Assembly (NCBI GenBank): GCA_965645245.1
Contig: OZ287080.1
Span: forward strand, 310,001-374,000
Direction: 5' to 3'
Length of the DNA stretch: 64,000 nt
DNA from: Massalongia carnosa
Lineage: Eukaryota
Below the pieces are notes generated by a model. It was not told where the DNA came from, ran no database searches, and saw only the letters and a program-made list of their open reading frames with translations. Positions 46,701 through 56,358 of this stretch are shown here, in pieces (position 1 is the first letter of the stretch; every line of letters begins with the position of its first letter). Position numbers and translations under genes: made by a program.

Positions 46701-47807
46701 GGGCATAACCTGATATTCGAAATGGCCATAGCGAGTTCGAAAGGCAGTCTTCCACTCGTCTCCCTTTGCTATTCGCACCCTATGGTACGCATGGATGAGA
46801 TCAAGCTGGGTATACTCCTTCGCTCGGCCGAGCCTATCTAGGGCCTCGCCTACTAACGGCAGGGGGTAACGGTTTTTAATCGTTATATTGTTGAGACCCC
46901 TGTAGTCGACGCATAGCCGCAATCCTCCGCTGGGCTTCCTAATAAAGAGGATAGGCGCCCCCGCAGGAGAAGTCGACGGTCTGATGAACCCGTTATTGAG
47001 GTTGACTTCGATATAACCCCTTAGAGCTTCTAACTCCGTGGGACCGAGGCTATAGATAGGCCCATGAGGAGGCGACTTGCCCTCCTCTAGGACGATTCTG
47101 TGATCATCCGGGGTCAGCGACGGCAACTCGTCAGCTTTCTCCGCAGAGAATACCCCTTCATAATCGGCGTATTCCACAGGGAGCTTGATCTCCTCTGTAG
47201 TCGAAATAGCCTGTAGGTTCACGCGCCTAGCGTCGTCCAACGCATCAAGAATGGCGGCTACTTGTACGATAAAGCAAGCGGACTTATCATCCCGAGCATC
47301 CTCTGCGAAGGTCTCCGGCTCAACTAACTCAATGCGCCTTTCGGTCGGCAAAGAAGTCGAGACAGAATAATCTCTCCAAGTGAGAGACCCTTCAGCGAAG
47401 TGGACGTCCGGGTTGCCGAGTTTCAGAAAAGGCATCCCCAACACAACATCATGAGAGACGTTTGCTATTAGAAAAGTCTCCTCGAACCAGCGAGTTCGTT
47501 TGAGCTTGTCATCAACAGAGAATTTGGCTAACACCATGCCATGGGTAGTCAACCGAGAGCCATCTATCGTAGCCGCACCCCAATTGGTATGCAGGGTCGG
47601 AAGACCTAAAGATCGAACCAACTCTGGAGCGATAGCATTGACTTCGCTACCAGAATCGATCAAGGCTTTCAGACTAGAAAGATCCTTCACCATCTGGATG
47701 TCGTACAACATACAGGGTTCTCTTTGCAAACGGGGCGCATGCTTGGCAATTGCCTCCCTAGGGTCAGTCACCGGTTCGGAAGTAACGCCGGCGACAGCTA
47801 GTTTTTT
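43773..47807 (-). CDS. Gypsy C Pol (protease, RT, RNase H, integrase, chromodomain), entered by -1 frameshift
   Basis: LIDSGS, YLDD, TDAS, FHPQTDGQTER, GPF and the chromodomain EYEVESI...YLIHWKGY...SWEP. Uninterrupted frame. Confidence 0.95.
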   Translation of the reverse strand, partial: KKLAVAGVTSEPVTDPREAIAKHAPRLQREPCMLYDIQMVKDLSSLKALIDSGSEVNAIAPELVRSLGLPTLHTNWGAATIDGSRLTTHGMVLAKFSVDDKLKRTRWFEETFLIANVSHDVVLGMPFLKLGNPDVHFAEGSLTWRDYSVSTSLPTERRIELVEPETFAEDARDDKSACFIVQVAAILDALDDARRVNLQAISTTEEIKLPVEYADYEGVFSAEKADELPSLTPDDHRIVLEEGKSPPHGPIYSLGPTELEALRGYIEVNLNNGFIRPSTSPAGAPILFIRKPSGGLRLCVDYRGLNNITIKNRYPLPLVGEALDRLGRAKEYTQLDLIHAYHRVRIAKGDEWKTAFRTRYGHFEYQVMPFGLSNAPATFQALINKVLAEKLDVFCIVYLDDILIYTEETGSAHTDAVKWVFEQLRKHGLYANLQKCRFSQKEVRFLGYIISPEGIRMENDRIESVRSWPRPQCVRDIQVFIGFANFYRRFIKGFSKIARPLTAMLKTTGPKMPKSDPFLTAEALVAFDQLKGAFVTAPVLRHFDAERHIRVETDASGYAIGGILSQKDDESHWHPVAYFSRKMIPAERNYETHDAELLAIVEAFRHWRHYLEGSTHEVLVLTDHNNLKRFMDTKRLGGRQIRWAQELSRYNFRIDYRQGSHNPADALSRPAQAEADDDELIVENRQILHRLQDSLLLNEPVTIRACKALSQPKKPRERDYSQGYRKMMLEVIICGTAVVPDLVKSWAVIRAVVAEEGPYTAIGSLLPRLPELLAEDKGAQAVRKRLATSEVNAFSGVSGEPWKESGDVLYYEGKPYIPETLRTEIMARHHDDPLAGPLGIEKTQELLTRKYHWDTIKVDVEKYVDACDVCMRSKSQRHKPYGSLQSLPIPSHKWKDITMDFVTGLPRSCDWRGVGYDSILVIVDRLTKMVHYEAVMKTLTAEGLAEVIIDSVVRYHGLPDSIVTDRSSLFTSQFWSSLCYYVSIKRRLSTAFHPQTDGQTERQNSTLEAYLRSFVSFEQDDWVQYLPMAEFAFNNSKHSSTGLTPFELNCGYHPRMSYEDELDPRSRSRAAGAEVAELKELMDLCKANLRGAQESQARYHNKATKDRVYSPGESVWLDGKHINTKRNRKLEHKFLGPFKVIEPIGKQAYRIQLPPRWRIHDVFHVSLLEKNGTKKGGVDKELAEQLEFNETEPKEYEVESIQDSAVYARESEDGRPAGLYYLIHWKGYPESEDSWEPYAAIKHLRKMVRLFHKDNPSKSTASGTPVDSGPPRPPLAKKSTYSALQPDSPPGPVDEALPLTSQVGVDLVTPLRLGRPKRGRRQLGIDDAGAAGTVHTRKKPRVKS
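47767..47807 (-). promoter_or_regulatory. -1 frameshift signal of Gypsy C
   Basis: A AAA AAC immediately before the gag stop, a 5-nt spacer, then the stem GTCGCCGG/CCGGTGAC. The -1 frame is open into pol. Confidence 0.75.
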
Positions 47808-49049
47808 GGCTTGGGAGGATTGGTGCAGTGGGTAGAGATATGCCCTTTTTCACCGCATCTATAGCAGGTGACTTCGGCAGGAGGCTCTGCGTTGGCGCCA
47901 GTGGCAGGCGTCTTGTTGGCAGAGGTGCCGGAAGATTCGGTAGGCTTGTTGTTACCCTTGCCACGTCTGTGATTCTTACCTTGAGTCTTCGACAATCGAG
48001 TTTGCGAGGCATCCCTTGACTTATCGCGACGAGAGTCGCGATGTGAGGAGTTCTTGGTCGAGGTGTGCATATTAACGGATGCCTCGGCCTGCATTGCGAG
48101 AGCGACAAATTGCGAGTAGGTGCTCGCATTGTCAACCATGTTGTAAAGGGCTGACTTAATCTCAGGACGCAGAGCATCTCGAGCGCGGCGAATCATGTCG
48201 GACTCGCGGGGGAAATGAAGGTCATACTCCTGAAGAACGGAGCACAATTGTTGAAGCTGTACGCTAAACGTGCGTACGTTGTCTCCAGGGCGCTGAACAA
48301 AACTAAAGAACTTTCCCCAGGTTTTATCCACGAAGGTCTTCTCGTTGCCAAGATCATCCCGGAGGACCTTTAAGAATTCGGCCCAGGGTGGGTCGTAATC
48401 AAGCGGCAATGTCTTGACGTATTCTGACCATACATGGCGAACAGTCTCTCCGCGAAGAAAGGAAGCCGCGAAAGAGACGGAGGAAGAATCATCGGGATGC
48501 GCCCGTGCAGTCTTGAAGTACTCGTGACACTGACGAGCGAACTCATGCAGCTCCTTGTGACTACTTCCCTTGTATATGTCAGGAACCTTGGGCTTCAGTA
48601 AGGGACGAGAAGCGCCGTCATAACGGCGGTTTGAGTAGTCACGCGAAGGTGACCGGCGGCGATGGTAATGGCCGGGCGAGCGAGAGCGAGAGTCCCGGCG
48701 GGTATGATGACTATTCCGCCTGGATGACCTCTCAGGCGACTGGGGTACCCGAGGAGATCGTGAGGCCGATCGAGATCGGCGAGCAGACCGAGAGGGAGTT
48801 CGGCCATGGCCCTGGTTGATTTGGTCCAGGGTAGACTGGATAGCAGCCCATTGCTCGGCAGTCAGAGTCACTGTGGTAGCTGACGTGCCAGAGGAAGGAC
48901 GGGAGGAGCCGTGAGGGCCGACAGGAAGTGGGCCACTAGACGGCGGAGCACCAGATGCATTGGCTGAATTTAGCTGAAGCACCGGAGGTGCCGAGGAGAG
49001 AAGGATCCATTGAGGCCCTAATTGCAGCGGACTGGCTGCGGGTGGCCAT
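47798..49049 (-). CDS. Gypsy C Gag (probable 5' frameshift)
   Basis: Zinc knuckle CYRCGEKGHISTHC and an RS-rich region. The nearest plausible ATG (49049, MATRSQS...) is out of frame with the long ORF. Confidence 0.8.
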
Positions 49050-51462
49050 GGAAGAATCGATGAGGAAGTTTGGCCTGAACGACGAAAGGCCAAATGGTGC
49101 TGGATGGCGAAAGCGGTAAAAAGCAGCACCCTTATTGTGACCACCGGATCGTGCTAATCCGGAGATATATAGAGCAATTAGAATTGAAACGGGGAGACCT
49201 TCTCCCAGCAGGCATTCACTACTGGAAGATGGGATCCACAGGGGCTACACAACGTGATGGTCACAATAGAGGTACAAATAGGTTGGGTCGGGTCAAAGGG
49301 TAGACTAAATGCTACCCTTTTAAAGTGCTTGATCATTGATCTATATAGGATAGGACAATCCATAACCTAAGCTCTTCTTCCATACCTTGCCCATACTACC
49401 TGGTATTTTCGGACTCCGAAATACTTCGGACACCGAAAGACACGGGTAGATAAGACTAGGCAGGTGAGCTAGGGGAGGTGAGGCGAGGCGAGGGGATACT
49501 TCGTGTACTACGAAAACACCTCCATAATAAGTTAAGTCCCCACACTATGCCTAACTGGGTTAGGCGGGACCTTATTGTCTTGGTGGTTGTTTTGGCTGTA
49601 CGTATCCCACATAGCCACATAGGCCAGTCTTACGTTCAACGAACGCATACTTGGCCTACCCTATTACAATAAGATGCTTCAAATATTCAATTGCTATCTT
49701 ATCAGATGTAAAACCACTGTTCGAGGGCACGACATACGTGCCCTTAGGCACACCTTCTAAAAACCATGTGGCCATGATGTCATGACCCTGTACGATGATC
49801 ATTGGAGGGGGGGGATAGTCGCCGGCAGCATTGATAGTCTCAATAACTGTCGCAGATCTGCGATTTTCCGGGCTGACGGCGTAGAATTGTTTGATTTCCT
49901 CAGTAACAATGATTTCCTGATCCCTCATGCATCCAACCCGAAAACCAGCTTCATCAAAGTTCAAAATGTTCCGACTTTTTCGAATTTTCAACTCTTTCAA
50001 CACCTCTCTATACCTTTCAAACCATTCTATCACATCTGATTCTTGGGCAGCTTCATAACGAATCATTGCTAGTGGTTTTGTCTTTATTTTATGAAGTTTG
50101 TTACATTTCCACCAGCTCCGAAACCATCTTCTTGACGGGCCTACCTCGAGGGGGTTATGGGCCTTTTTCAGACTTACAATAGCCTTGAAAACCATCTGAT
50201 GTGTAGGAAGAATTCCATGCATCAATAAGGACTTAATAAAGCCAGTAATTGACCTTGCCTCATGCTCCCTCAGTATCTGATTTTGTCCCCCATTTTTCCT
50301 CCCTTCTGGTCAACGAATGGAAGACGTCAAAGTTTTGACGTGGATATTGTAGATTCTAGCTGCAGTCGTTTTACTTTCTTTGGGATGATTTGTCAGAAAT
50401 TCCTTCGCCTTTTCCAATCTTTCTATGGGGTTGAGAGTGGAGACAAGGGAGGCGTCGTTATCCATGATACGAAAGGGGAGATTGGTTTGGGGGCTTGATT
50501 CGAGAGGAAAGAATTTGAATTGATGATCAGTTGGGTCGGAGAAATAATTTTCAAGCTATGTACGGTATCGGCTGATTTTTAATCAATGTGGTTGTTGGTC
50601 AATAATCAAAAAGGTGAAGAAATTTGAATTTGGGGGGATGCAACCGCTTTCCGGGATGCAACCGCTTTCCCCGACTAAAATGCGGTCGACATTTTTTCAA
50701 GTCGGATCCCGGAGGTAAGCGAGCCGACGATTAGAGTTTTACGATAAATTTTCTCAAATGGCAAAATATCAAAACATTAAGCCATATCATTTAAAATTGA
50801 AAACAGCTCGGGCAAAATGCCTGAGAAAGGGATCGTCCAATAATCTAGAGATGGAGGAATTTGGCGCTATCATGGATGAAATGGAGGTCACCGAGGCCGA
50901 GGACGAAGACGAGGACGGGCTTAGTTCGTGAATGTTTGCTTTTTTGTACTAGTATGAAGAAAAGATGTTTTGCTAAGAGTTGTTGATGCAGCCAAATTTA
51001 GCCTCAGGTTTGTTCTAGATTGGTAGCTTGACCGAAGAAAATGTTTTATTTGCACTCGACTTTAACATAAATACGCCGCGCAACGGATTGGGTTATGGGT
51101 CGGGTTTTCGGGTTGGGTTGTGCCCCCTCGAACCCGACCCGACGGGTTCGGGTTTTTTATGCGGGTTTCCGGGTTAAACCGTTCAACCAGGTCAGTTTTT
51201 TCTGCAAATTTGTTGAATGGCGGTTGCGATTATGGCTTGGGCTCACTGCCTCATAACGTGGATAGCGGGTAGTCTAATCTTCTCTAGGAAGGTTTTAGGT
51301 TTAGCGTGCTTTGCCCTTTGGTGAAAAGTCTGCTCTTTTCCTTTTAGATAGCTTCATAGTCAATGCGATCACCTGCAACCAGAGTCTCCTTTTAACTGGT
51401 TATGAGCCCGGTCAGCAACAAGCTTCCGAACATCAGAAAAGGATATAGCTCTTCGCAAATCG

Positions 51463-51650
51463 CTATCTCGGCAGCTCGACTACGATTCCTTTAGGTAGGA
51501 AGAATCAGCACCTCGGCAGCTCCTTACGATTCCTATGGTAGGATAAACCAGCACCTCGGCAGCTCCTTACGATTCCTATGGTAGGATAAACCAGCACCTC
51601 GGCAGCTCCTTACGATTCCTGTGGCAGGACAAACCAGCACTCCCGGCAGC
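51463..51650 (+). repeat. 43-bp tandem repeat (about 4 copies) in the Copia 5' leader
   Basis: CAGCACCTCGGCAGCTCCTTACGATTCCTATGGTAGGATAAAC at 51506, 51549 and 51592, with degenerate copies on each side. Confidence 0.88.
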
Positions 51651-51690
51651 TTGATACGACGGATCCAACAAGCACAATCAAATATCAAAA

Positions 51691-54600
51691 ATGACAACAA
51701 TCGCAGACGATCTAGCGAAAAGAAGACCCTTGCCCGTTCTGACAAGGGAGAACTATCAAAGATGGTTCGAGCTGGCCGAAATGCATTTCGAAGCGGAAGG
51801 CATCTTTCATACAATAAGCGAGCCACAGCCCAATTCCTCGTACCTTCAGCAGCGAATGGACAAATTAAGCCTTGATGGAAAAGGAATAGATAAATCAGAC
51901 ACACCCCTCACCCCGGGAACCCCATTCATCGATTCGGAAAGATGGAGAAAGGACAACGCTAAAGCATGCTATCTTATAACCATCTGCTTAAGCCAATTCG
52001 ATCAAGAACGCGTAAGAGTGATGAAGACAGCGGCGGAAAAGTGGACCTCGCTGTTAAGCAAGTACAACAACATCCTTCCCACTTCAGGAAGGCATTACCT
52101 TCAAGAGCTGGTGTCATATAAAATGAAAGAGAACACCACCGTTCAGGAGGCATGGGGGGAACTTTTGTTGTTGAGAGACAAGGTCGTCATGGCCACACCC
52201 ACACTTCGAGACGCATTTCCCACTCGGCAACTATTCCAATTACTCTTACAATCTCTCCCAGCCGAGTACGCGGTCATTAGGGACGGAATTGATGCAATTG
52301 GGGGAGTAGATGCCGAAATTGGCATAAAAAGGTTGGAAGACAAAGAAATGCAGCTAACACAGGCGAAAGCAGATTTAGCCTTGCTCGCAAAGCAGAAAGA
52401 ACAGCGAAGAGAGCAGCGACGGCCTCTCAACCCATCCAGAAGTCGAAGCACATTCAACAACTCCAGGCAGGAGCGATCCAGACGGCACGAAAGGTCCTCA
52501 AGTGCAAAGAGAGAAACGAAAATCAAGGTCAACTCGCAAAAGGGATGCTTAATCTGTGGAGAAGTCGGCCACTGGACCAAAGAGTGCGAATTCTTGGAAA
52601 GCACTCGCAGCCACGTCAGGAGCCTCGCGAAGAAGAAGGAAGAGGTCAATAAGGGCAAATCATCCGTCAAGCGCCATCAGAGCTATCTCGCTGGCGAGTC
52701 AGAAGAAGAGGACGAGAACGATAGCTTCTCATCAGGCGACAATGATGATGATCTAGATGATCTCGAGGAAACTGCGGCTCTCTCCAGAGAAGCTGTCTGT
52801 AAGATTCCCAGATCAAAATGGGTAGCTGACTCTGGCGCATCATCCCACATGACTGACAAGCTTCAGCTCTTTAGCGGACCTCTGACAAAGATCAGAGAAA
52901 GAAGAATAAAGGTCGGCGGGGGAGAATTGAGAGCATGCCATCGCGGTACGTGCGTGATCAAGGATGGGCACGGAAATCAGGGATTTCTTTCTTCTGTCCT
53001 TTATGTCCCCAAGCTAGGGGTTAATCTCTTGTCTGGAAGGCGGATGTGCGAGAAGGGCCTCATCGGAAGTTTCGACCAGCACGGGCTGAAGATGCATGAC
53101 AAGCAAGGCAAGGAGATCATGGAGGCACGGCAGCGAGGGGGAGTATATATCGTCGAGAAAATAGCAAAGGATCTCGATGAATTCGCATTAACCGCGTCCA
53201 TGCATCATGACATTGCCTTTCCAAGCAAAGTTGATATTGCATCACTCTCGTCTTCATCAGAGGCGTTAAAGCCGCGCGGCGCGGGTTTAACATGTCCAAC
53301 AACACATAACAATATGGAAATCGAGATTGAGTCAACACCCGCACTTAACCCAACCAAGACGGACAAACACTCTGAAACGTACAGGCTATGGCATCGAAGA
53401 TTCGCTCACCTAGGCCGAGAAAAGCTTCGTAATCTGCATAAGGTCACCACCCTAGAAAAGCCTATTCCGGTCAGCAAAGAAGAGGATCACATTTGCGAGG
53501 TATGCGCGCTCACTAAGCTCACCAATAAAAGAGGCAAAGCGACCGAGCGAAAAACCTCTCTTCTGGCTCTGGTCTCCATCGATATTTGCGGTCCTTTGCC
53601 TGCCTCTCGAGAAGGATACATATACTTTTTGGAAATTGTGGACAACTATTCTAGAAAGATATGGTTCATTCCACTCAAAAGGCGAGACGAAGCACCAGGT
53701 GAATTGCGAAAATGGAGAATAAAAGTCGAATTACAAAGTGCACAAAGACTATTGGCTGTACGGAGTGACAATGCCACCGAGCTGAAGGCTACTCTTGATG
53801 AATGGTGCTCCTCAATCGGTATTATTCCGCAATACACCATTCCTCATATGTCTATTCAGAACGGAGTCGCCGAGCGAGCAATTCGTACCACCGAGAACTC
53901 GGTGCGAGCCATGATAAAGGACGCAGAACTCCCAATCGAATTCTGGAAGGAAGCCATGGAAACTGATGCATATCTTCGGAATCGCACGGGATGCGGACCG
54001 ATCATCAACGGCTATGCTAGCACACCGGAAGAAGCCTTCACGGGCGTCAAGCCATCCATTGATCACATTAGGGTATGGGGATGCAAATGCTATTCGTACG
54101 TCGATCCCAAATCGCTACCCGCGGGGGACAGAAGAGACAAGTTCATGGACAGAGGCAGAATCGGAGTCTTTATGGGATATGTAGAAGAGACAACTAAACA
54201 GTATCGTCTCTGGGCACCCGACATGGGAAAAATCATCAGAAGCCATGTCGTAAAATTTGATGAAAATTTAAAAGGTGGCAGCGTTGATTTAAACTTGCGG
54301 AAGCAGACACCCAACGTGCTACCAGAAAGACGGCCAGTAGGAAGACCACAAAAGACAAAAGAAACGAAAATCAGCGAACCCGCCAAATTAGTAGAAAGAT
54401 TTTCGCATGTGGAGGTTCCTAGTCAACAGAATCAAACTCATGACCAACCAAACCCGAAAGATGATGTCACTCAAAACGTACCACCAATCCCAACTTCCGA
54501 AGAGTCGCCCATAGCGAATGATTCAATCCCAGCCGCAGCTGTGCCTAAGGCTAGCACTAGCATATTCTCTCATGTTGCAATCCCGAAGCGAAAGCGATCT

Positions 54601-56358
54601 GATGAAGACTCAGTTCCCGAAGAACCGGCTTTCAAAATACCGCGCGCTTTTCTAGCGCTGTTCGCCGACGATAATAACGAGGATGAAGATGGCTATCTCA
54701 AATTCGAATCTGCCCTATCGGCTGGTGCTTCTGCATTTGAAAGAAACATACCCGAGCCTAAGTCTTACAAGGAAGCAGTAAATGATCCGGTGTGGGGGGA
54801 ACTATGGAAAGAAGCAGTGAACACCGAGATCAAGGCGCTCATCGGTAATAAGACTTGGAAAGAAGTTGTTCCACCTCCCAAAACGAACATCGTCACCTGC
54901 AAATGGGTGTTTAAAGTAAAAACCAACCTCGATGGTTCATTGGAGAAGTTCAAAGCAAGATTAGTCGCCCGTGGGTTTACTCAAAAATACGGCATCGACT
55001 ATGAGGACACTTTCGCCCCCACGGTAAGATCGGATACCCTACGTGCAGTGCTTGCCATAGTAGCGATGGAAAACCTGGAATGTCATCAAGTGGACGTGAA
55101 TAACGCATTTACCCAATCAACCTTGAAAGATGTCATTTACATGACCGCACCAGAAGGAGTAAACGTTGCCCCTGGTAGAGTTCTTCAGATTCTGCAAAGT
55201 CTATACGGTTTAAAGCAGTCCGCCAGAGAATGGAATAGCCGCTGTACAAATGAGCTGACCAAACTAGGCTTCATTCAATGCTCATCTGACCCATGCCTAT
55301 TCACTCATCCTAAAAAGGGAATCATTATATTCATGCACGTAGATGACCTGGTGATCGCCTCCAAAATGACGAAAGAGATTAATTGGTTCAAGAAAGAGTT
55401 CAATGCTGCCGTTAGCATCAAGGACCTAGGAGAAGTGTCGAAGGTTCTGGGCATACGAGTAACCAGAGATCGGAAAAATCGAACTCTTCGAATGGACCAG
55501 ACGCATTATCTCAAAGATGTGATGGAGAGAACATATATGAGCGCTGACAAACATAGGCCTACCGAAATTCCAATGAACGGCTATGATTCATTGCGACCGG
55601 CTGGAAAAGATGATAAGCGCATAGATCAAAGAGAATATCAGCAAATTGTTGGAAGCCTGATGTACGCGGCAATTCATACGCGGCCAGATATAGCTTTTGC
55701 TCTTGGAAGGCTGAGCCAATATCTCAGTGATCCAGCTGCTCATCACGGTCATGCACTAAAGACGCTGCTTAGATACGTTCGGTCCACCCTTGACATCGGT
55801 ATACTGTATGGGGCTGGGGGGAATCATGGCCAAGGCCTCATTGGGTATTCCGATTCAGACTACGCAGCTGATAGGCTCGAAAGAAAATCGATCTTGGGAT
55901 ACGTGTACATGCTAGGGGGAGGGCCTATATCGTGGATGAGCAGAAAGCAAAAGTCGGTTGCTACGTCTACAACGGAGGCAGAATACATGGCCTTATCAAC
56001 TTGTGCTAAGGAGGGTTTATGGCTCGTTCAGCTGATGAAAGACATAGGCTTCGAGAAATATTTCAGTCATAACGTCAATATTCGTGAGAACTTGAAGCAT
56101 CAAGCTGACTCCCCGATGCGGTTAAAAGGAGATAATCAAGCCGCTATCCAACTGGCAAAAGACGCTCACATTCATGATAGATCTAAGCATATCGACGTTG
56201 CCTATCATCACATTCGGGACCTGCACAAGCGAAATCGAATTCAGATCGAGTACATACCCAGCGGAGAGATGATTGCCGACGGCCTAACCAAGCCTCTAAA
56301 TAAGCCCATCTTCAATCGGTTCATTGGTCAATTGGGACTGCAAAAATGGAAAGAGTAA
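51691..56358 (+). CDS. Copia Gag-Pol polyprotein, 1555 aa, intact
   Basis: CLICGEVGHWTKEC, DSGAS, WHRRFAH...CEVC, integrase DDE, RT (LYGLKQS, HVDD) and RNase H (DSD, EAEY, DNQ, ADGLTK) in Copia order. Confidence 0.96.
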   Translation: MTTIADDLAKRRPLPVLTRENYQRWFELAEMHFEAEGIFHTISEPQPNSSYLQQRMDKLSLDGKGIDKSDTPLTPGTPFIDSERWRKDNAKACYLITICLSQFDQERVRVMKTAAEKWTSLLSKYNNILPTSGRHYLQELVSYKMKENTTVQEAWGELLLLRDKVVMATPTLRDAFPTRQLFQLLLQSLPAEYAVIRDGIDAIGGVDAEIGIKRLEDKEMQLTQAKADLALLAKQKEQRREQRRPLNPSRSRSTFNNSRQERSRRHERSSSAKRETKIKVNSQKGCLICGEVGHWTKECEFLESTRSHVRSLAKKKEEVNKGKSSVKRHQSYLAGESEEEDENDSFSSGDNDDDLDDLEETAALSREAVCKIPRSKWVADSGASSHMTDKLQLFSGPLTKIRERRIKVGGGELRACHRGTCVIKDGHGNQGFLSSVLYVPKLGVNLLSGRRMCEKGLIGSFDQHGLKMHDKQGKEIMEARQRGGVYIVEKIAKDLDEFALTASMHHDIAFPSKVDIASLSSSSEALKPRGAGLTCPTTHNNMEIEIESTPALNPTKTDKHSETYRLWHRRFAHLGREKLRNLHKVTTLEKPIPVSKEEDHICEVCALTKLTNKRGKATERKTSLLALVSIDICGPLPASREGYIYFLEIVDNYSRKIWFIPLKRRDEAPGELRKWRIKVELQSAQRLLAVRSDNATELKATLDEWCSSIGIIPQYTIPHMSIQNGVAERAIRTTENSVRAMIKDAELPIEFWKEAMETDAYLRNRTGCGPIINGYASTPEEAFTGVKPSIDHIRVWGCKCYSYVDPKSLPAGDRRDKFMDRGRIGVFMGYVEETTKQYRLWAPDMGKIIRSHVVKFDENLKGGSVDLNLRKQTPNVLPERRPVGRPQKTKETKISEPAKLVERFSHVEVPSQQNQTHDQPNPKDDVTQNVPPIPTSEESPIANDSIPAAAVPKASTSIFSHVAIPKRKRSDEDSVPEEPAFKIPRAFLALFADDNNEDEDGYLKFESALSAGASAFERNIPEPKSYKEAVNDPVWGELWKEAVNTEIKALIGNKTWKEVVPPPKTNIVTCKWVFKVKTNLDGSLEKFKARLVARGFTQKYGIDYEDTFAPTVRSDTLRAVLAIVAMENLECHQVDVNNAFTQSTLKDVIYMTAPEGVNVAPGRVLQILQSLYGLKQSAREWNSRCTNELTKLGFIQCSSDPCLFTHPKKGIIIFMHVDDLVIASKMTKEINWFKKEFNAAVSIKDLGEVSKVLGIRVTRDRKNRTLRMDQTHYLKDVMERTYMSADKHRPTEIPMNGYDSLRPAGKDDKRIDQREYQQIVGSLMYAAIHTRPDIAFALGRLSQYLSDPAAHHGHALKTLLRYVRSTLDIGILYGAGGNHGQGLIGYSDSDYAADRLERKSILGYVYMLGGGPISWMSRKQKSVATSTTEAEYMALSTCAKEGLWLVQLMKDIGFEKYFSHNVNIRENLKHQADSPMRLKGDNQAAIQLAKDAHIHDRSKHIDVAYHHIRDLHKRNRIQIEYIPSGEMIADGLTKPLNKPIFNRFIGQLGLQKWKE

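Larger units (their letters stand above)
43014..49668 (-). mobile_element. Full-length chromoviral Ty3/Gypsy element C
   Basis: 484-bp LTRs at 43014-43497 and 49185-49668 (no difference seen by eye). TSD ATAAG (43009-13, 49669-73). PPT GGAGGGAGG adjacent to the left LTR. Confidence 0.96.
41796..50465 (-). pseudogene. pogo/Fot1 transposase split by Gypsy C
   Basis: NFDEAGF on the right; MDNHGSH and MQTLDVG on the left. Removing Gypsy C restores EYLKHLIKHTNVGPDAEWQLLLMDNHGSH. Premature stops are present. Confidence 0.9.
41505..50731 (-). mobile_element. pogo/Fot1-like DNA transposon 2 with 188-bp TIRs (carries Gypsy C)
   Basis: TIRs at 41505-41692 and 50544-50731. TA duplication at 41503-04 and 50732-33, in a TCTAGA target. 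Confidence 0.92.
37406..50931 (+). pseudogene. Small unknown gene split by two pogo/Fot1 insertions (pieces 37406-38076, 41463-41504, 50734-50931)
   Basis: Removing both elements and one TA each restores an open frame LAVKTKLYL-DAPRAEGTDRTSLL-EFYDKFSQM...EDEDGLSS*. Intron near 37740-37789; stops and a frameshift in the 5' part. Confidence 0.75.
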
